Shown in pieces: positions 1 through 14,329 of a stretch of DNA of 64,000 bases (its first letter is position 1; each line of letters opens with the position of its first letter). Position numbers and translations under genes: made by a program. The stretch is from Carcharhinus longimanus. Lineage: Eukaryota. The notes under the pieces are model-generated. The model did not search any database, had not been told where the DNA came from, and worked only from the letters and a program-made list of their open reading frames with translations. The stretch is from NCBI GenBank assembly GCA_030264375.1, contig JASCQW010000027.1, positions 39,374,116 to 39,438,115 on the forward strand. Direction: 5' to 3'.

Positions 1-290
1 TATTGAGAGAGGTAGATGAAGTGAGAGATATTGATCTCCAAGTGCACAGGTCCCTATAGGTAGCAGTACAGATAGATAAGGTTGTGAGGAAGGCATATGG
101 AATGCTCTCCTTCATTGGTAGAGGTATAGAGTACAAAAGTAGGGATATAATGCTGAAACTGTATAAGACACTGGTGAGGCCACAACTGGAGTATCATGTG
201 CATTCCTGGTCATCATATTAGAGGAAGGACATAATTGCTCTAGAGAGAGTGCACAGAAAATTTACTAGAATGTTGCCAGAGCTGGAGAGT
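1..290 (+). mobile_element. CR1-like LINE fragment (RT C-terminal region)
   Basis: encodes LYKTLVRPQLEY-type motif. Confidence 0.8.
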
Positions 291-651
291 TGATTTGATT
301 TAATTTATTAGTGCCACATGTATTTACAGTGAAAAGTATTGTTTCTTGCATGCTATACAGGCAAAGTATACCATTCATAGAGAAGGAAATGAGAGAGTGT
401 AGAATGTAATGTTACAGTCATAGGTAGGGTGTAGAAAAAGATCAACTCAATGCAAGGTAAGTCCATTCAAAGTCTGACAACAGCAGGGAAGAAGCTGTTC
501 CTGAGTCGGTTGGTACGTGACCTCAGACTTCTGTATCTTCTTCCCAAAGGAAGAAGTTGGAAAAGAGAATGTCCGGGGTGCGTGGGGTCCTGAATTATGC
601 TGGCTGCTTTGCCAAGGCAGCGGTAAGTGTAGACAGAGTCAATGGGGATGG
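291..651 (-). mobile_element. Rex1/Babar-type LINE 3' end
   Basis: HPGHSLFQLLPLGRRYRSLRSRTNRLRNSFFP; short-repeat tail; similar to 3288-4305. Confidence 0.75.
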
Positions 652-751
652 NNNNNNNNNNNNNNNNNNNNNNNNNNNNNNNNNNNNNNNNNNNNNNNNN
701 NNNNNNNNNNNNNNNNNNNNNNNNNNNNNNNNNNNNNNNNNNNNNNNNNNN

Positions 752-1290
752 TCCTTGGTCTCGCTTGAACATCCTCTCTCTAATATTGTAATGTCATCTT
801 TTATTAATACTGCCATGCTGCAATCCTTCTCCCCCACCCCTTGTCTTCCTTTCTTATCTCTCTTAAACACCTGGAAATATTTGATGCCCAGTCCTGTCTT
901 TCCTTGAACCTTTAGTAGCAGTAATATCAGAATTCCATTTGTTGACCTGTGCCAGTAGTACACCAATCGTACTAATCACACTCTGTGCATTCATATAAAT
1001 ACACAACAACCCTATTTAGGCTTTTTTTTACTTCTCCCCTTACACTGTCTCCTTCTAATAACATACAAGAGCTTACTCTAGTTCTATCAAACTCTCCAAG
1101 TATTCTAATCACCTTGATACTACTTTTTGATATATCCTCCTTATCAGTTAATACTTCTCTACTTCCCACTTCCAGTTTTTCTCCTGTCCACTCTGAATTT
1201 CCCCTCAACTTCCCATTCTCCCTGCCAATCTGCGACGTTGGTATCTTAACCATATCTACTTACCCAGTTCTATAAACTCGAATGCCGCTA
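752..1290 (-). mobile_element. CR1-like LINE fragment (endonuclease start)
   Basis: degenerate APE-like text (YMNAQSV; FKRDKKGRQGVG; AVLIKDDI). Confidence 0.6.
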
Positions 1291-3287
1291 CCTAACAAAA
1301 CTCCACAAATCCCAACTCTAAAATTTTCAATTGACCGAGCCCCATTCTTTCTATTTCGCAAGGCTGGGGAGGGGTAGGTGAGTTACAAATGTTCACGATA
1401 ACAACTCCTTCCATTTTTCTAACACTTCAAACACAATCTGACACTAAGGACCCGATTTTACCATCAAGTTGCAATCATTTTTGGGTGCAAAAACTTGAAA
1501 AATTCAGGCATGAGATGAGTAGCGTGATTGGTGCCTGCCTCCATGCTGGTTCCCCCTTTACCAAGGCTCAAAAATAGCCATGATTGGGACCGCTCTCAAA
1601 ACAGGCGCGATAGCCATTTAACTGCATTTGCATACATTTAAATTGACTTAATGGGCTGCATGCCCAACCTTACTGGCACTTCCCCCTTTATGTTCGTCCA
1701 TCCAGAATTGGCATGAAACAGACATGCTCCACAAAAGTCCAGTTCAGGTGCTTGAGCTAGTGAGGAGATATGCCTCACATCCTTTAAAAAGTACCTGGAT
1801 GAGCACTTGGTTTGCCAAAAAATTCACGGCTGTGGGCCAAGTGTTGGCAAGTGGGGTTAGGTGGGCAGGTCAGAGCATTTCATGCGTCAGTGCAGACGCA
1901 ATGGGCCGAATGTCCTCTTCTGCACCTTGGTAATAATCTATGATGTTACAAACATGGGAATAGATAGTCTTAGTGATAGGATGTGGTCAGAAACATATCT
2001 CAGAGTCAAATGTGACACTGTGATTGTGAAAGGACAGTTTCAGCCTCAGACAGTTAACAGGAGAGGGATGAAGTTGGTGTCTAGGAAATGGAGGTTGGGT
2101 CCTAAAGAGAAGCTTCAATCTTTCTTGCAAATTTCTGCTCATCCCATATTGGATGTTGGAGACACACTGGAGAGGTTGAGAGAGTTGGGGGTGAGGTGGA
2201 ACCTGGTGTCACCAGCACACACGTGGAAACCAATGTTGTGTTTTCAAATGATGTCACTGAGGAGCAACACACTTATGGCAAGTAGGAAGGGGCTATGGAT
2301 AGATGACTGGGGGGACACCAGACGTAATGGTGCAGGAATGGAACAGAAGCCACAGGAAGTGACTCAGATAGAACTGGATAAGCAAGAATGGAAGTAAGCC
2401 CTCCCTTTTCCCCTCATGAGGAAATCTAGAATTTGGGGCACAGTTTAAAAATAGCAACCCCCCCCTCCCTGTTTAAGACAGCGGTGAGGGGGAATTACTT
2501 CTCTCAAAGGATCATTATTGTTGTTTGGAATTCTTTTCCCTATTCAGCAGCGGAGGCTAGGTCATTGAATATATTGAAGGTTGAGTTAGACAGATTTTTT
2601 AATGACAAGAAAGTCAGAGGTAATGAGGGGGCAGACAGGAATTTAGAGTTAAGGCCACAATCAAATCAGCCATGGTCTTATTGAATGGTGGAGTGGATTC
2701 AAAGGGCCAAATGGCCCTGCACAACGAAATACAATCTGAGAAATGCAACCTGTCCAAATAATCTAACCCTTTTAATCCTGGTAATATTCTGAAAAATGTG
2801 TGTGGCACCCACTCTACAGTCTAACCCTTTTAATCCTGAGGTGGGATGGCCAGAACTGTATGCAATGCTCCAGATGCAGTCTAACCAGAGGTCTGTTCAG
2901 ATTTAACACAACTTGCATCCCTGCATCTTCCAGCCCTGTTGACATAAAGACCATCATTCCACCTGACTTATCAATTATTTTATTATACCTGTAGCTTTTA
3001 GCTATTATCGTACTTGGAGCCCTAGCTTTCTCTGTTCATTCATGGTTTCTAGCCTCTTGCCATTTAGAAAGATTCTAAATCATCACTCTTTGGTTCAGTG
3101 TGGATGGTTACATATATTCACATTGACTTCCATCTGTCACGGTTTTTCCCATTCATAATCGGTTCATGTTCCTTTAGAACTTTCTTATCTGATCTATAAT
3201 ATTTCTTATCCCACCTTATTTGGTGTGATCAGTAAACTTGGATATATGTCCCCCGGTTACTCCATCCAAGTAAATTGTAAATATGTT

Positions 3288-4305
3288 TTGATTTGATTTA
3301 TTATTCTCACATGTATTAGTATATAGTGAAAAGTATTGTTTCTTGTGCACTACACAACACATACCATATATAGAGAAGGAAAGGACAGAGGGTAGAATGT
3401 AGTGTTTCAGTCATAGCTACGGTGTAGAGAAAGATCAACTTAATGTAAGATAGATCCATTCAAAAGTCTGATGGCAGCAGGGAAGATGCTGTTCTTGAGT
3501 CAGTTGGTATGTGTCCTCAGATTCCTGTATCTTTTTCCCAATGGAAGAAGATGGAAGAGAGAATGTCCGGGGTGCATGGCTGCTGTTTTTCTGAGGCAGC
3601 AGGAAGTGTAGGTAGTGTCAATGGATGGGAGGCTGGGTTGAGTGATGGACTGGACTTCATTCACAACCCTTTGGTCAGAGCAGGAGCCATACCAAGCTGT
3701 GATACAACCAGAAAAAATGCTTTCTATGGTGTATCTGTAAAAATTGGTGAGAGTTGTAGATGACATGCCAAATTTCCTTAGTCTTCTGAGAAAGTAGAAG
3801 TTGGTGGGCTTCTTTAACTTTAGTGTTGACATTGGGAGGGGGGCCAAGACAGGTTATTGGTGATCTGGACACCGAAAAACGTGACGCTTTTAACCATTTC
3901 TACTTAATCCCCATTGATGTGGACAGGGACATGCCCCCCACTACACTTCCTGAATACTATGACTAAGTCCTTCGTTTTGTTGTCTTTGAAGGAGACATTA
4001 TTGTTGTCGCACCAGTTCACCAGATTCGCTATCTCTTTCCCATACTCTGTCTCATCATTGTTTGAGATCCGACCCACTACGGTGGTGTCATCAGCAAACT
4101 TGAAAATCAATTTGGAGGGGAATTTGGCCACACAGTCTTAGGTGTACAAGGGGTATAGTAGGAGGCTGAGAACACATTCTTGTGGGGAACCAGTGTTGAG
4201 AATTAGTGTGGAGGAGGTGTTGTTGCCTATACTTACTGATTGTGGTCTGTGAGTTAGGAAGTCCAGGATCCAATCGCAGAGGGAGGTGCCGAGGCCCAGG
4301 CCACA
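3288..4305 (-). mobile_element. Rex1/Babar-type LINE, 5'-truncated and decayed
   Basis: IFKFADDTTVVGRIS RT motif; YFLRRLRKFG; HPGHSLFHLLP. Confidence 0.85.
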
Positions 4306-4309
4306 AAGT

Positions 4310-4735
4310 TTGTTGTAGCTACAAGGAGAGGTTGGAGAAGTTTTCTTTGGAACATAGAAGGCTGAGTGGTGACATGACTGAAGTATTTAAAAGTGTGAGA
4401 GTTAGGGAGAGAGTAGACAGGAGAACCTGTTTTCTTTGACAGATCATTCAAAAATCAAGGGTCATAGATTCAAGCTAAGTGACTGAAGGATTAGAGGGAA
4501 CATGAGGAAAATCGTTTTTAGAGAGGGTGATGGATGTCTAGAATTCCCTGAGTTAATGGTGGAGGCAGAGACCCTAAACTCATTTAAAATTTGCACCTTA
4601 AGTGCTGTAACTTGCAGGGCTATGGACCATGTGCAGGAAGATGGCATTTGAAAGGACACCTGGCATCTTTGGGTCAGCATGCATAACATTGGCTGAATCA
4701 CCCCCTTCTATACGAGGTCATTTTTATGGTTTTAA
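4310..4735 (+). mobile_element. CR1-like LINE 3' end
   Basis: [17 protein letters not shown] motif followed by a 3' UTR-like tail. Confidence 0.7.
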
Positions 4736-6917
4736 GAGCTGTTGGGGACATAGATTTAAGATTCTGGGCAGATGCGAGAGAGAACTCATCAAATGGTAAT
4801 GAACAAACTCATAGTGTGGAAGTGGATCTGGATTTTCTGGCGAGCCGACATGAACTTGGGCCACAGCGGTGGTGGGAGGCAGTGTTCCCAATATGACTCA
4901 ACAGCCAGAATTTTATGTCCCCTCCCATCTTGTGGGACATTACAGTCCCTCCAAAGTAAACAGCAATTTTACATGTCCCAGTTCATCTGTCAGTGGGAGA
5001 CAGGCCATGGTTGGGCCAGTAAGTCCTGGCCCTTGACCCCTCATAACTCAATTTACATTCTCTAACAGTCAACTTGTTAAATCACTCTTTTGCAAATTGT
5101 TAATACATTTCTTCCAACCTCACACAACTTTCCTAGTTCTCATATGGAGTGTTTTCTCAGTGGCACAGTAGCCACTGAGTGGAGGTAGGCTGCTGTTCTT
5201 CCCGCGAGACAAATTCAGATGCCTGTGGTGGGTGACTGTGAGCAACTCCAATTTGGGAGAACCTGGCTAAGACTGGTTAACTATGGTAAAGCTGCATTTT
5301 CCAGAAAGCAGCCTTCCCCTTCCTAAACCAGCACGTCTGCTGAAATTAAAGAGAGGCATGATTTGCTTGTGGTGTGCAGGGAGAGCAGAGAGAGACGTGG
5401 CTGGTGAAAGTAACTGTTCATGGGGCAGGATTGAACTTCACGAGCTTGGTGTTTGAAACGTGAATGTGCTGGTTCTCCTTACCTGACCACAACATTTCAA
5501 TCAGGATTAAGCTGATGTGACCAGTTAGTTTCCCAACCAAAGCTAGCACTTAGCAGCACACCTGGCTTCTTGCAGTGCGATGATCTAAACTCTGTGTTCA
5601 TGTAGATCAGGATTTGAACTTTAAGAACCATCACTTTCCCTTTTGGCTTCATTCCAGACAAAATGTGACACAAACATGGCATGGCGCCTTGCACTCTACA
5701 CAATTTTCCATTGAACTTTAGCTTATTAAGAAAATATATACATATATACATATGTGCCCATGAGGTTTTGAAGTTCCATAAGTTATTTCAGTTCAACATC
5801 TCAAGAATATAAATTGTGTTACTTTGTGGTTACATAACACCTGGAAAATGTTAACTTTCCTTTCAGCCTCAGCCTGTAAGTGGCCTGGGTGGGAGGAAGT
5901 GAAATTAGAGTGATTTGCCTTTAAATTTACTAAAAAAAAATACACATGAAAACGTCTTGATTTTATGAAAAAAAAGCATTCATCAGTGTACAGAATTCCT
6001 ATTTCTCGATTTCCACAAATAATGAATTTCTAAGGCTCAACAATAAAAACTTCATGTATAAAATGTCCTAAAAATGGAAAAACACAATCAATGAATGTTG
6101 AGCTAAAGAAAGATATTGCGCTGGCTGACTAAAGATTTGGTTAAAGATGCGAAGTTTTAAAGGAGTGTTTTATGAGAGGAAAGGGAGCTGGAGAAGTGGA
6201 GAGGTTTTGGGTGACAATTTTAGAGGGGTCTGGACAGCTTAAAGTATAGTCACTCTTCAAAGTGCCAAGCTATTATAGGTAGTGTTTTACCGCACAGACT
6301 TATCCTTTGAAATGAGATGATGAGATGCTCTCGACATTGAGAAGTAACAGGAAAATGCAGTGATGAGATGAGCAAAGAGTTCTAGAAGCCATTGAATTCA
6401 TCTTGTAGTTTCATCCTTCCCATTGTACAGCATGACTTGTCCAGACTTGAAACATTAACTGTATTCTCTCTCCACAGATGCTGTCAAACCTCTGGAGATT
6501 TTCTAGCATTTTCTGTTTTTGTTCCAGATTCCAGCATTCGCAGTAATTTGCTTTTATCTTAAGCTGAGGTCTGGCAACCTCTACTCATTTGTCTTAGATG
6601 TCAGATCCTCTGGAGACTTGATCTGTTTCCATTGAAAAGGCACTCGAATATAGTCATCAGTGATTTATATTGCCTCTATGACTTATTTCAGCTGCAGGCA
6701 GTGTAGTCACCTAAACTGACCTCTTCCTGTGTCAGTAATCATAGTGTCTTTTTGTCAGTCTCAATCCTCGTCTATCTGCTTGTGGGTGAAATGCACATGG
6801 TGGATGTTGTCAGCAGACAGGGATGCAAGGATTACAAATGATTGTTGTGATGAAGACTACTTTGTTAGGATTCAACTTTGACAGGGTCGTGGTTGTTCCT
6901 ACATCATCTTGTTTGTC

Positions 6918-7220
6918 ATAGAATCAGTATGGTACAGAAGGAGGCCATTTGGCCATCCAGTCTATACCAACAACAATCCCACCCAAGCCCTATTCCTATA
7001 CCCCCACACATTTAGCCTGCTAATTCCCCTGAAACTAGGGTCAATTTAGCATGGCTAATCAACCTAACCCACACATCTTTGGACTGTGGGAGGAAACCAG
7101 AGTCCCCGAAGGAAACCCATGCAGACACGGTGAGAAATGCAAACTCCACACAGTGACCTGAGGCCGGAATTGAACCCGAGTCCCTGGTGCCGTGAGGCAA
7201 CAGTGCTAACCACTGTTTCA
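6918..7220 (-). mobile_element. HE1-like V-SINE
   Basis: tRNA-like head with B box and V-domain core (..ttcctcccacagtccaaagatgtg..). Confidence 0.8.
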
Positions 7221-7304
7221 TTTATTTAATAAAATGTGGCAAGTCATCAGTCCCATTAGTGGTTAATAGATGGCAAATGAAGAAACACAAATTTCCTATA
7301 TTAC

Positions 7305-7690
7305 TTTTTTTATTCCTTTGTGAGACATGGGTGTTGCTGGCTGGCCAACATTCATTGTTCATCTCTTGTTGCCACAAGAAACTGTGTGTCTTGCTCTGCC
7401 ATTCCAGAGGGCTGTTGAGAGTCAACCACATTGCTGTGACTCTGGAATCACATGTAGGCCAGACCAGCTAAGGATGGCAGATCTCCTTCCCTAAAGGACT
7501 TTAGTGAACCAGATGGGTTTTTCCGATAATTGACAATAGTTTCATGGTCATCAGTAGATTCTTAATGCCAGATTTTTTTGTTGAATTCAAATTCCACCAA
7601 CTGCTGTGGAAGATTTGAAGCCGGGTCCCCAGAACATTAGCTGAGTTTCTGGATTAATAGTCTAGCAATAATAGCACAAGGTATTAACCT
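7305..7690 (-). mobile_element. Deu-domain-like SINE
   Basis: core GGAAGGA..TCTGCC.TCCTTA.CTGGTCTGGCCTACATGTGA.TCCAGA shared with 29760, 47750, 52920 and 61080. Confidence 0.7.
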
Positions 7691-9734
7691 TCCAGATTTA
7701 CAAACTAAAGGTTTGATATTGATATTGGCAAATTTTTGTTCAAGTGTAAAGCATGATTGAATAGTATTTGACTAAAATTAATACCAGTGGATAATGCATG
7801 ATTTGCATTATAAAGATTTTTCACCATGTTAAATAAGGTCAATCATCTTCAAAAATTAGACATGCGCATGTCTTTTTGTCACATCTATCATGCTGCATTG
7901 CCACCATAATTACATATTTACAAAAAATATAGTTGCTCTTCTTCATTCATGTGGTGGTGCCAATGCCCATTTAGCAGTTATACCAAAAACTAATTTTATT
8001 TGAATAATCCCACAAACACAAAATTTGCAGTGCTATTCACTGACATTGTACATTGGTCCTTGAGTTCTGAATCACCAACTAAATGAATTATTATGGTTTA
8101 AATTAGCGTGATTAAATTACACCACCAGCAGTTTGTACTCCTTTTTTGTGGTAAATACATATGCAACATAACATATCTGAAGCAAGAGGTAATACTTATT
8201 TGATATAACATGAATGTTTAATTCTAAATCTGCTTTTTAAAAATGTTCTCAGGATGTTGACAATACTGACATGGCCACAGTTATTGCTGCCCATGGCACT
8301 GGGAATAAAAGTTGGCCATTCAGCCCCTTGAGTATGTGCCACCTTTCAGTTAAATCACAGCTGACCTGAATCTCAATTCCGCTGACCTAAGCTTTGCTTT
8401 AAATGACATGATACCATGAGTTCCGGATTTCCACTGCCTATTGCGTGAAATGAAATCAGAAATTGCTGGCCTGGCATTGAGAAACTTTTTCTCTCTCCAC
8501 AGATACCTGTTAAGCTGTTCCAGCACTTCCTCTTTTCATTTCAGATTTCCGGCATCTGCACTATTTTACTCCTTTGTGACCTTCTGCATGAAAAGATGCT
8601 GACGGCCTTCACTCCTAAATGACCAAACGCTATCTTTATGTAAAGCAATGGAAAAGGATAAGGTACCTTAAAGTTCAAAGGCAGAGTGCATTTGGTGAGA
8701 ATTAAGGAACAATTACACTGCTGGGCATGTACTTACTGGAGGCTGCCAAATAGTGGGAAGGGCATGGAGGAGCAGGAAATTTGCAGGATTTAAGAACTTT
8801 AGAGTACATAAATTAACCTCATATAGAGGGGGGAAAAGCACATTTCAGAAATATATACAGGAGAATTTTCTTAATCATTTTTTCCAGTCCAATGATGCTG
8901 GATGTTGTTCAGTGGAAGTCAAATAAGTGGGGCATTTGGAAAAGTGATCATAAAGACATTAGTTTTAGATCAATTACGGAAAAAAAGGGGCTGGGGGTTT
9001 TTGGGCTCCACTGGGGTTTGGGATGGAGGCGGATGGGGCCCGATCAAACCAGCATCGGTTGGCATGCCGCTTTCCTGAAGTTGTTTCCAGTGCCAGTGGA
9101 GGCAGGATCAGGGCTAGCACATGGTGGGTAGCCAATCTGTCTTATGTGCAATTAAATGAGACCAACATGAGCTTTTAGTTTCCTGCGAAGGAAAGGTCCA
9201 TTTCAGCTTCCTGCAGGCCCAGCAGCAGGCCAAGGTGGAGTCCAATGCTTTAGGCAGGTCTACGGGCAACCATACATGGCCGGATCCAAGAATAGCCACA
9301 AGCTGACCTGCAAGAAGGTGACCATCCTATCTGCCAACACTGCCCCCCCCTCCCCCATCAACTACTATGGTGGCCAGGGTGTAGGCGTCATTTCTGCTGA
9401 ACGTTTTAGAAAAGCTGGTGAGAAAGCGCGGCCATGTTGAAGCACTCCCTCTGTTACTCACCTGTTGACACAGTCTGCTGCTCCACTCAAGCTGGAAGGC
9501 TTCTTGACTGGCTCTCCAGCCTTCAGAGCCAGCTTGCCACCCTTAATAGGACAGGGGACTTGTCTCTGTAAGTGACTATTTTCCCTTGGAAGTAGGTTGG
9601 ACCCTGGAAGCAGTCCCATCCTCTTTTTCCTGGCCCTGTAGCCAAAATCCAGCCATGGGGAAAAATCAAGTTTGAAAACTCTCAACTGGAGGACTAATAA
9701 CTTCAATGGGTTGAATCTGCACTGACATAATTAA

Positions 9735-12030
9735 CACTAAATCACACTAATCTCATTTTCCAGCACTTGTCCCCATATGTTGTGGTATTTCAAGTGCTCA
9801 TCCAAATACTTCTTAAAGTTATAAGCTTTCAGGCCTCCACTACCTTCCCAGGCAGCACACTCCAGATTCTCAACACCCTCTGAGTGAAAAATATTTTTCT
9901 CAAATCCCATCTGAATCTCCATCCTCTTATTCTAAAATTATGCCCCCTCGTGACTGACCCCTCAACCAAAAACAGCTGCTTCCTATTTACCCTGTCCGTA
10001 CCCTTCATAACCTTATACATTCAATCATGTCCCGCCTCAGCTTTCCCTGCTCTAAAGAAAAAAGTCTCTCCTTATAGCTCACATGCTTCATTCCAGCCAA
10101 CATTCTGGTGAATCCCCTCTGTATCCCCTCTATTGCAAACACATCCTTTCTATAGTGAAGTGACCAGAACAGAGCTGTAGCCTAACCAATGTTCTGTACA
10201 GCTCCAACATAATCTCCTTGCTCTTATTATCTATGCCACTACTGATAAAACCAAGTGTCCCATATACCTTCTTAACTACCCAATTTACCTGCGCTGCCAC
10301 GTGTAGAGATCTGTGAATAAGTATCCCAAGAGCCATCTGTTCCTCTGAGCTTCCTAATGTCCTGCCAATCATTAAATGCTCCCTTCTTTGTTACTTTGTC
10401 CAAAGTGCGTCACCTTGCATTTATCAGGGTTGAATATCATTTTCTACTGCTCTGTCCATCTGACTAACCCATCTATATCTCCCTGTAATCCACAACCTTC
10501 TTCCTCACTATTAACTATGCTACCAACCTTGGTGTCATCTGCAAACGTATTTATCATTCCCCCATATTCTTAACATTTATATGTATAACAAACAACAGGC
10601 CCTGCACTGAACCTGGGTACACCATTAAAGTTTATGTATTGGTCACAATTAGGCTTACATTAACACTGCAATGAAGTTAGTGTGAAAATCCCTCAGTTGG
10701 CAAACTCAGTGCCTGTTTGGGGACACTGAAGGGGAATTTAGCATGGCCAATGCACCTAACCTGCACATCCTTTGGACTGTGGGAGGAAACCAGAGCACCT
10801 GGAGGAAACCCACACAGACATAGGGAGAACGTGCAGACTCTGCACAGACAGTGATCCAAGATGGGAATCGAACCCAGATCCCTGATGCTGTGATGCAGCA
10901 GTGATAATCACTGTGCCGCCCCACACTGGCCTTCAGTCATTCAAACAGCCTTCTACTATCACCCTTTGTGTCCTATTCCTCAGCCAGTTAATTTTGGATC
11001 CATCTTGCCAAGTTTCCCAGAACTCCATGTGCTTCAGCCTTCTCAAACAGCCTTCCATGTGGGACCTTACGAAAGACTTTGCTAAAATCCATGTAAACTG
11101 AATCAACTGCATTTTCCTCATCCACAAACTCAATCATTTTTTCAAAAAATTCAATCATATTCATTAGGCATGATCTTCCTCTGACAAAGCCATGCTGACT
11201 ATCCCTGATCAATCCATGCCTTTCTCTATCCTCGCTAGAACATGGCACCAGGAGCTATCCAAAGATTACAACCTTAGAGATCATACTTTATAATCTAATG
11301 CGAATTCTTGATGCAAGTCCTCATTCTTTGGTTTACCTATATTGTTGGTACCAGCATGTAGCACGACTTCTAACTCATCACCCTCCCCTTTCAAGATGCT
11401 CTGCAGCTGTTCAGTGACATTTCTGATCCTGGCATCAGGGAGGCAACATATCATCCTGGAATTACGCCTTCAGTCACAGAAATGTCTGCCTGCTCCCTTG
11501 ACTAATGAATCTCTTATCATTATTGCTCTTATTTCCTTCTTCCTCAGCACCAACCGCTACCCACAACCCCCCCGCCCCCCCCACCAGTACACTCAAGCTG
11601 CTTGTGGTGCCAGAAATGTGGCTTTGACTTCACTCCTCTGAGGCACCAGAGCCCTCAACAGCTTCCAAAATGGAATATCAATTTGTGAATGGGACCCCAG
11701 GGGCCTCCTGCACTACCTGCCTGTTCTTCCTGGATTGCCTGGTGGTCACCCATTCCCTTGTTTCCTCTAAACCCTTGACCACATCACTAAACATGCGATC
11801 CACATAATTCTCAGCCTCGCGAATGCATCGCAGTGTCTCCATCTGCTGCTCAAGTTCTGAAGCCCAGAGCTCCAGTTTCTGCAGCTGGGAGCACTTCCTG
11901 CACACGTGGTCATCTAGGACACTGGCAGAGTTCAAGACTCCCCAAGTGACAAGCCACACATTCCACTCGGCTGTCCTCATCTGACATGCCTTAAATGTAA
12001 AATTTACCACTTAGACTAGAACAAACCTAG
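9735..12030 (-). mobile_element. CR1-like LINE, internally deleted (ORF1 zinc-finger/esterase plus ORF2 RT pieces), interrupted by a SINE
   Basis: HVCRKC..LELWASELEQQ; CLPDARIRNVTEQL..VVLHAGTNNIG; QHGFVRGRSC..YMDFSKVF. Confidence 0.85.
10625..10925 (-). mobile_element. V-SINE (variant 3' tail) nested in CR1
   Basis: B box GGTTCGATTCC; V core; tail shared with 36770-37000. Confidence 0.8.
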
Positions 12031-12249
12031 ATACCGATAATAAATAATACTTTTCCCAATAAATAATGTTTCTTTTAGCTTCATTTAAACACAGTCCCAC
12101 TTCTTCACTCCAAAGATGCCAGCTAGTTCCTCTTTTTCGATTTGAGACCAAGTTTTTTCAGCATTGGTCAGAGACCTCGAGGGATAGATGATAGGCTTTT
12201 GCGCACCATCTTCCTTCCATCTTATGTGATAAAACTGTTCGAATCTGTA

Positions 12250-13055
12250 AGGAGACACATGGTTATCTGTTTTGGCAGAAAAAAATAGAAACGCAAATTA
12301 TTACCTAAATGGAAAACAGGTTCATAATGCGTCCGGGCAGATGGATCTGGGTGTCTATGTTCATGAATCGCAGAAAGTCGGTATGCAAGTGCAGCATGTA
12401 ATAAAAAAGGCAAATTGGATGTTGGTATTTATTGCAAAAGGACTGGAATATAAAATTAGAGACTGTTGTTGCAATTGTATAGGGTGTTGTTAAAATCACA
12501 TCTGGAGTACTGTGTCCAGTTTTGGTCTCCTTATTTGAGGAAGAATGTGGTGGCGTTAGAGACAGTTCAGAGGAGGTTCACCGGATTGATTCCGGGAATG
12601 AAGGGTTTGACCTATGAGGAGAGATTAAACAGTTTGGGCTTGCACTCGCTGGATTTTCGAAGGATGAGATGGAATTTGATCGTGCTACTTAAAAAGTTAA
12701 AAGGGATTGATAAAGTAAATGTAGACCAAATGTTTCCTCTTATGGAGCAATCTCGAACAAGGGTCACAGGTATAGGTTGTGAGGCGGTAGATTTAAAACT
12801 GAGTTGAGAAGGAACTACTTCTCACAGAGAGTGGTGAATTTGTGGAACTCGCTGCCTCTTAGCACGGTGGAGTCTGAATCATTGAATGGTTTGAAGAGGG
12901 AGATAGACACATTTCTAAAAAAAAGGAAAGGGGGATATAGGGACCAGGTGGGGAGGTGGTATTGAGACCAGGGAGATCAGCCATGATCTGATTAAATGGT
13001 AAGGCAGGCTCAAAGAGCTGAATTTGCCTACTTCAGCTTTTAGTTCCTATGTTCA
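12250..13055 (+). mobile_element. CR1-like LINE 3' portion
   Basis: HLEYCVQFWSPYLRK..VQRRFT motif. Confidence 0.85.
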
Positions 13056-14329
13056 CAGGTAAGAATGATCTGAGGGATCACCATAAACTAAGACTGGTTG
13101 ACTTCAATGCCAGTTCAATATGTTCAAAGGCTTCTTTCTAATGCTCTCTCTAATATCATCTCTTGCCTTCTTGAGCAGTGTGTGTAGTGGTGTCAACATT
13201 GTAGAAAGATTAGGAATAAATTGTCCGTAATAATTCACCACTCTTGAAAATAGTTTCAATTCTGACACATTTTTGGGGGCTGATGCTTCCTTAATTGCTT
13301 TTATCTTCTTGTCAATGAAATGCAGCGCTCAGGTGTCTAATCTAAACCGAAAGTAAGTTACTCCACGAGCCTTCTTTAAAGTAATTTCTGCCTTTGTTCA
13401 TAATTTTTTTTGAATGGCCATGTTGTTAACACCACAGACTAGCCTGTCTCTCAATATGTCATTGAGCACATACTCCATGATCCAGATTCCTAACTGCCGC
13501 ACTCAGCCCCAAGATTTGTGTGCTTTGGCCAAACAGGTCACAGCATCATCCAAGAACTTACCCCTTAAATGGGGCGCACCACCACACTCATGTGCCTTTC
13601 GACTCCCAGCTCACCCTGCTATCTGACATGATTATCTGCAGATGGTGCTGCCATAGACTTCTGCTTTCTATCCTAGCCTTTTTGGCTTTCAGATACCCAA
13701 GAACTGATGTCTACCTTGCCACAGCAACCTAGAAGAGAGCAACAGCTTGGCATTTACGAATGGGCCCTGCCAGACACTCACATCCACAAGATACTGGCAC
13801 CACGCATACTTTAAAAGGTCTTGGGATCAGCTCTTCGTGAGTCAGCAGGCACAAATAGACTGTAACATGGCCAGGGATAAAAGATAGTATGTGTGTTAAT
13901 GCTCCTGAGGGCAACAGTCCAGGAATGCTGCAGATGTAGGGCTTTGAGGAGTTATAGAACATTGTTTCATGCACACTAAGATGCTAGGTGCATTGGCTGG
14001 CCTGCCAGACAATCTTTTATCACAGACAAGGAGCACAGAAGAGTCTGGCTCCACTTTCATAGCGGGTATAGCATAGAGCTTGCCCCACTGTATCACTGCA
14101 TTATCAATGAGTGATTCAGTTCATAATGTCCCTGGACTAATTCCACAAGCTCCTCAAACACTTTGGAGTTGGTGACTTCACCTTGACGTTGTGCTGTAGA
14201 ACTGATGAGCCAATATCTGTTGCAGCCTGCATCTGAATAAGTCACCTACGCCTTTGCCTTCCCTGTGAGATGCTGGAACAAAGGTGCTACTGATTTGATT
14301 TTGCATCCAGCCATTGAATGAAGTCAAAA

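Noticed and set aside
13410-14260. Possible decayed retroelement with a zinc-knuckle-like LTHILS motif
   Set aside because: Too degenerate to assign from sequence alone
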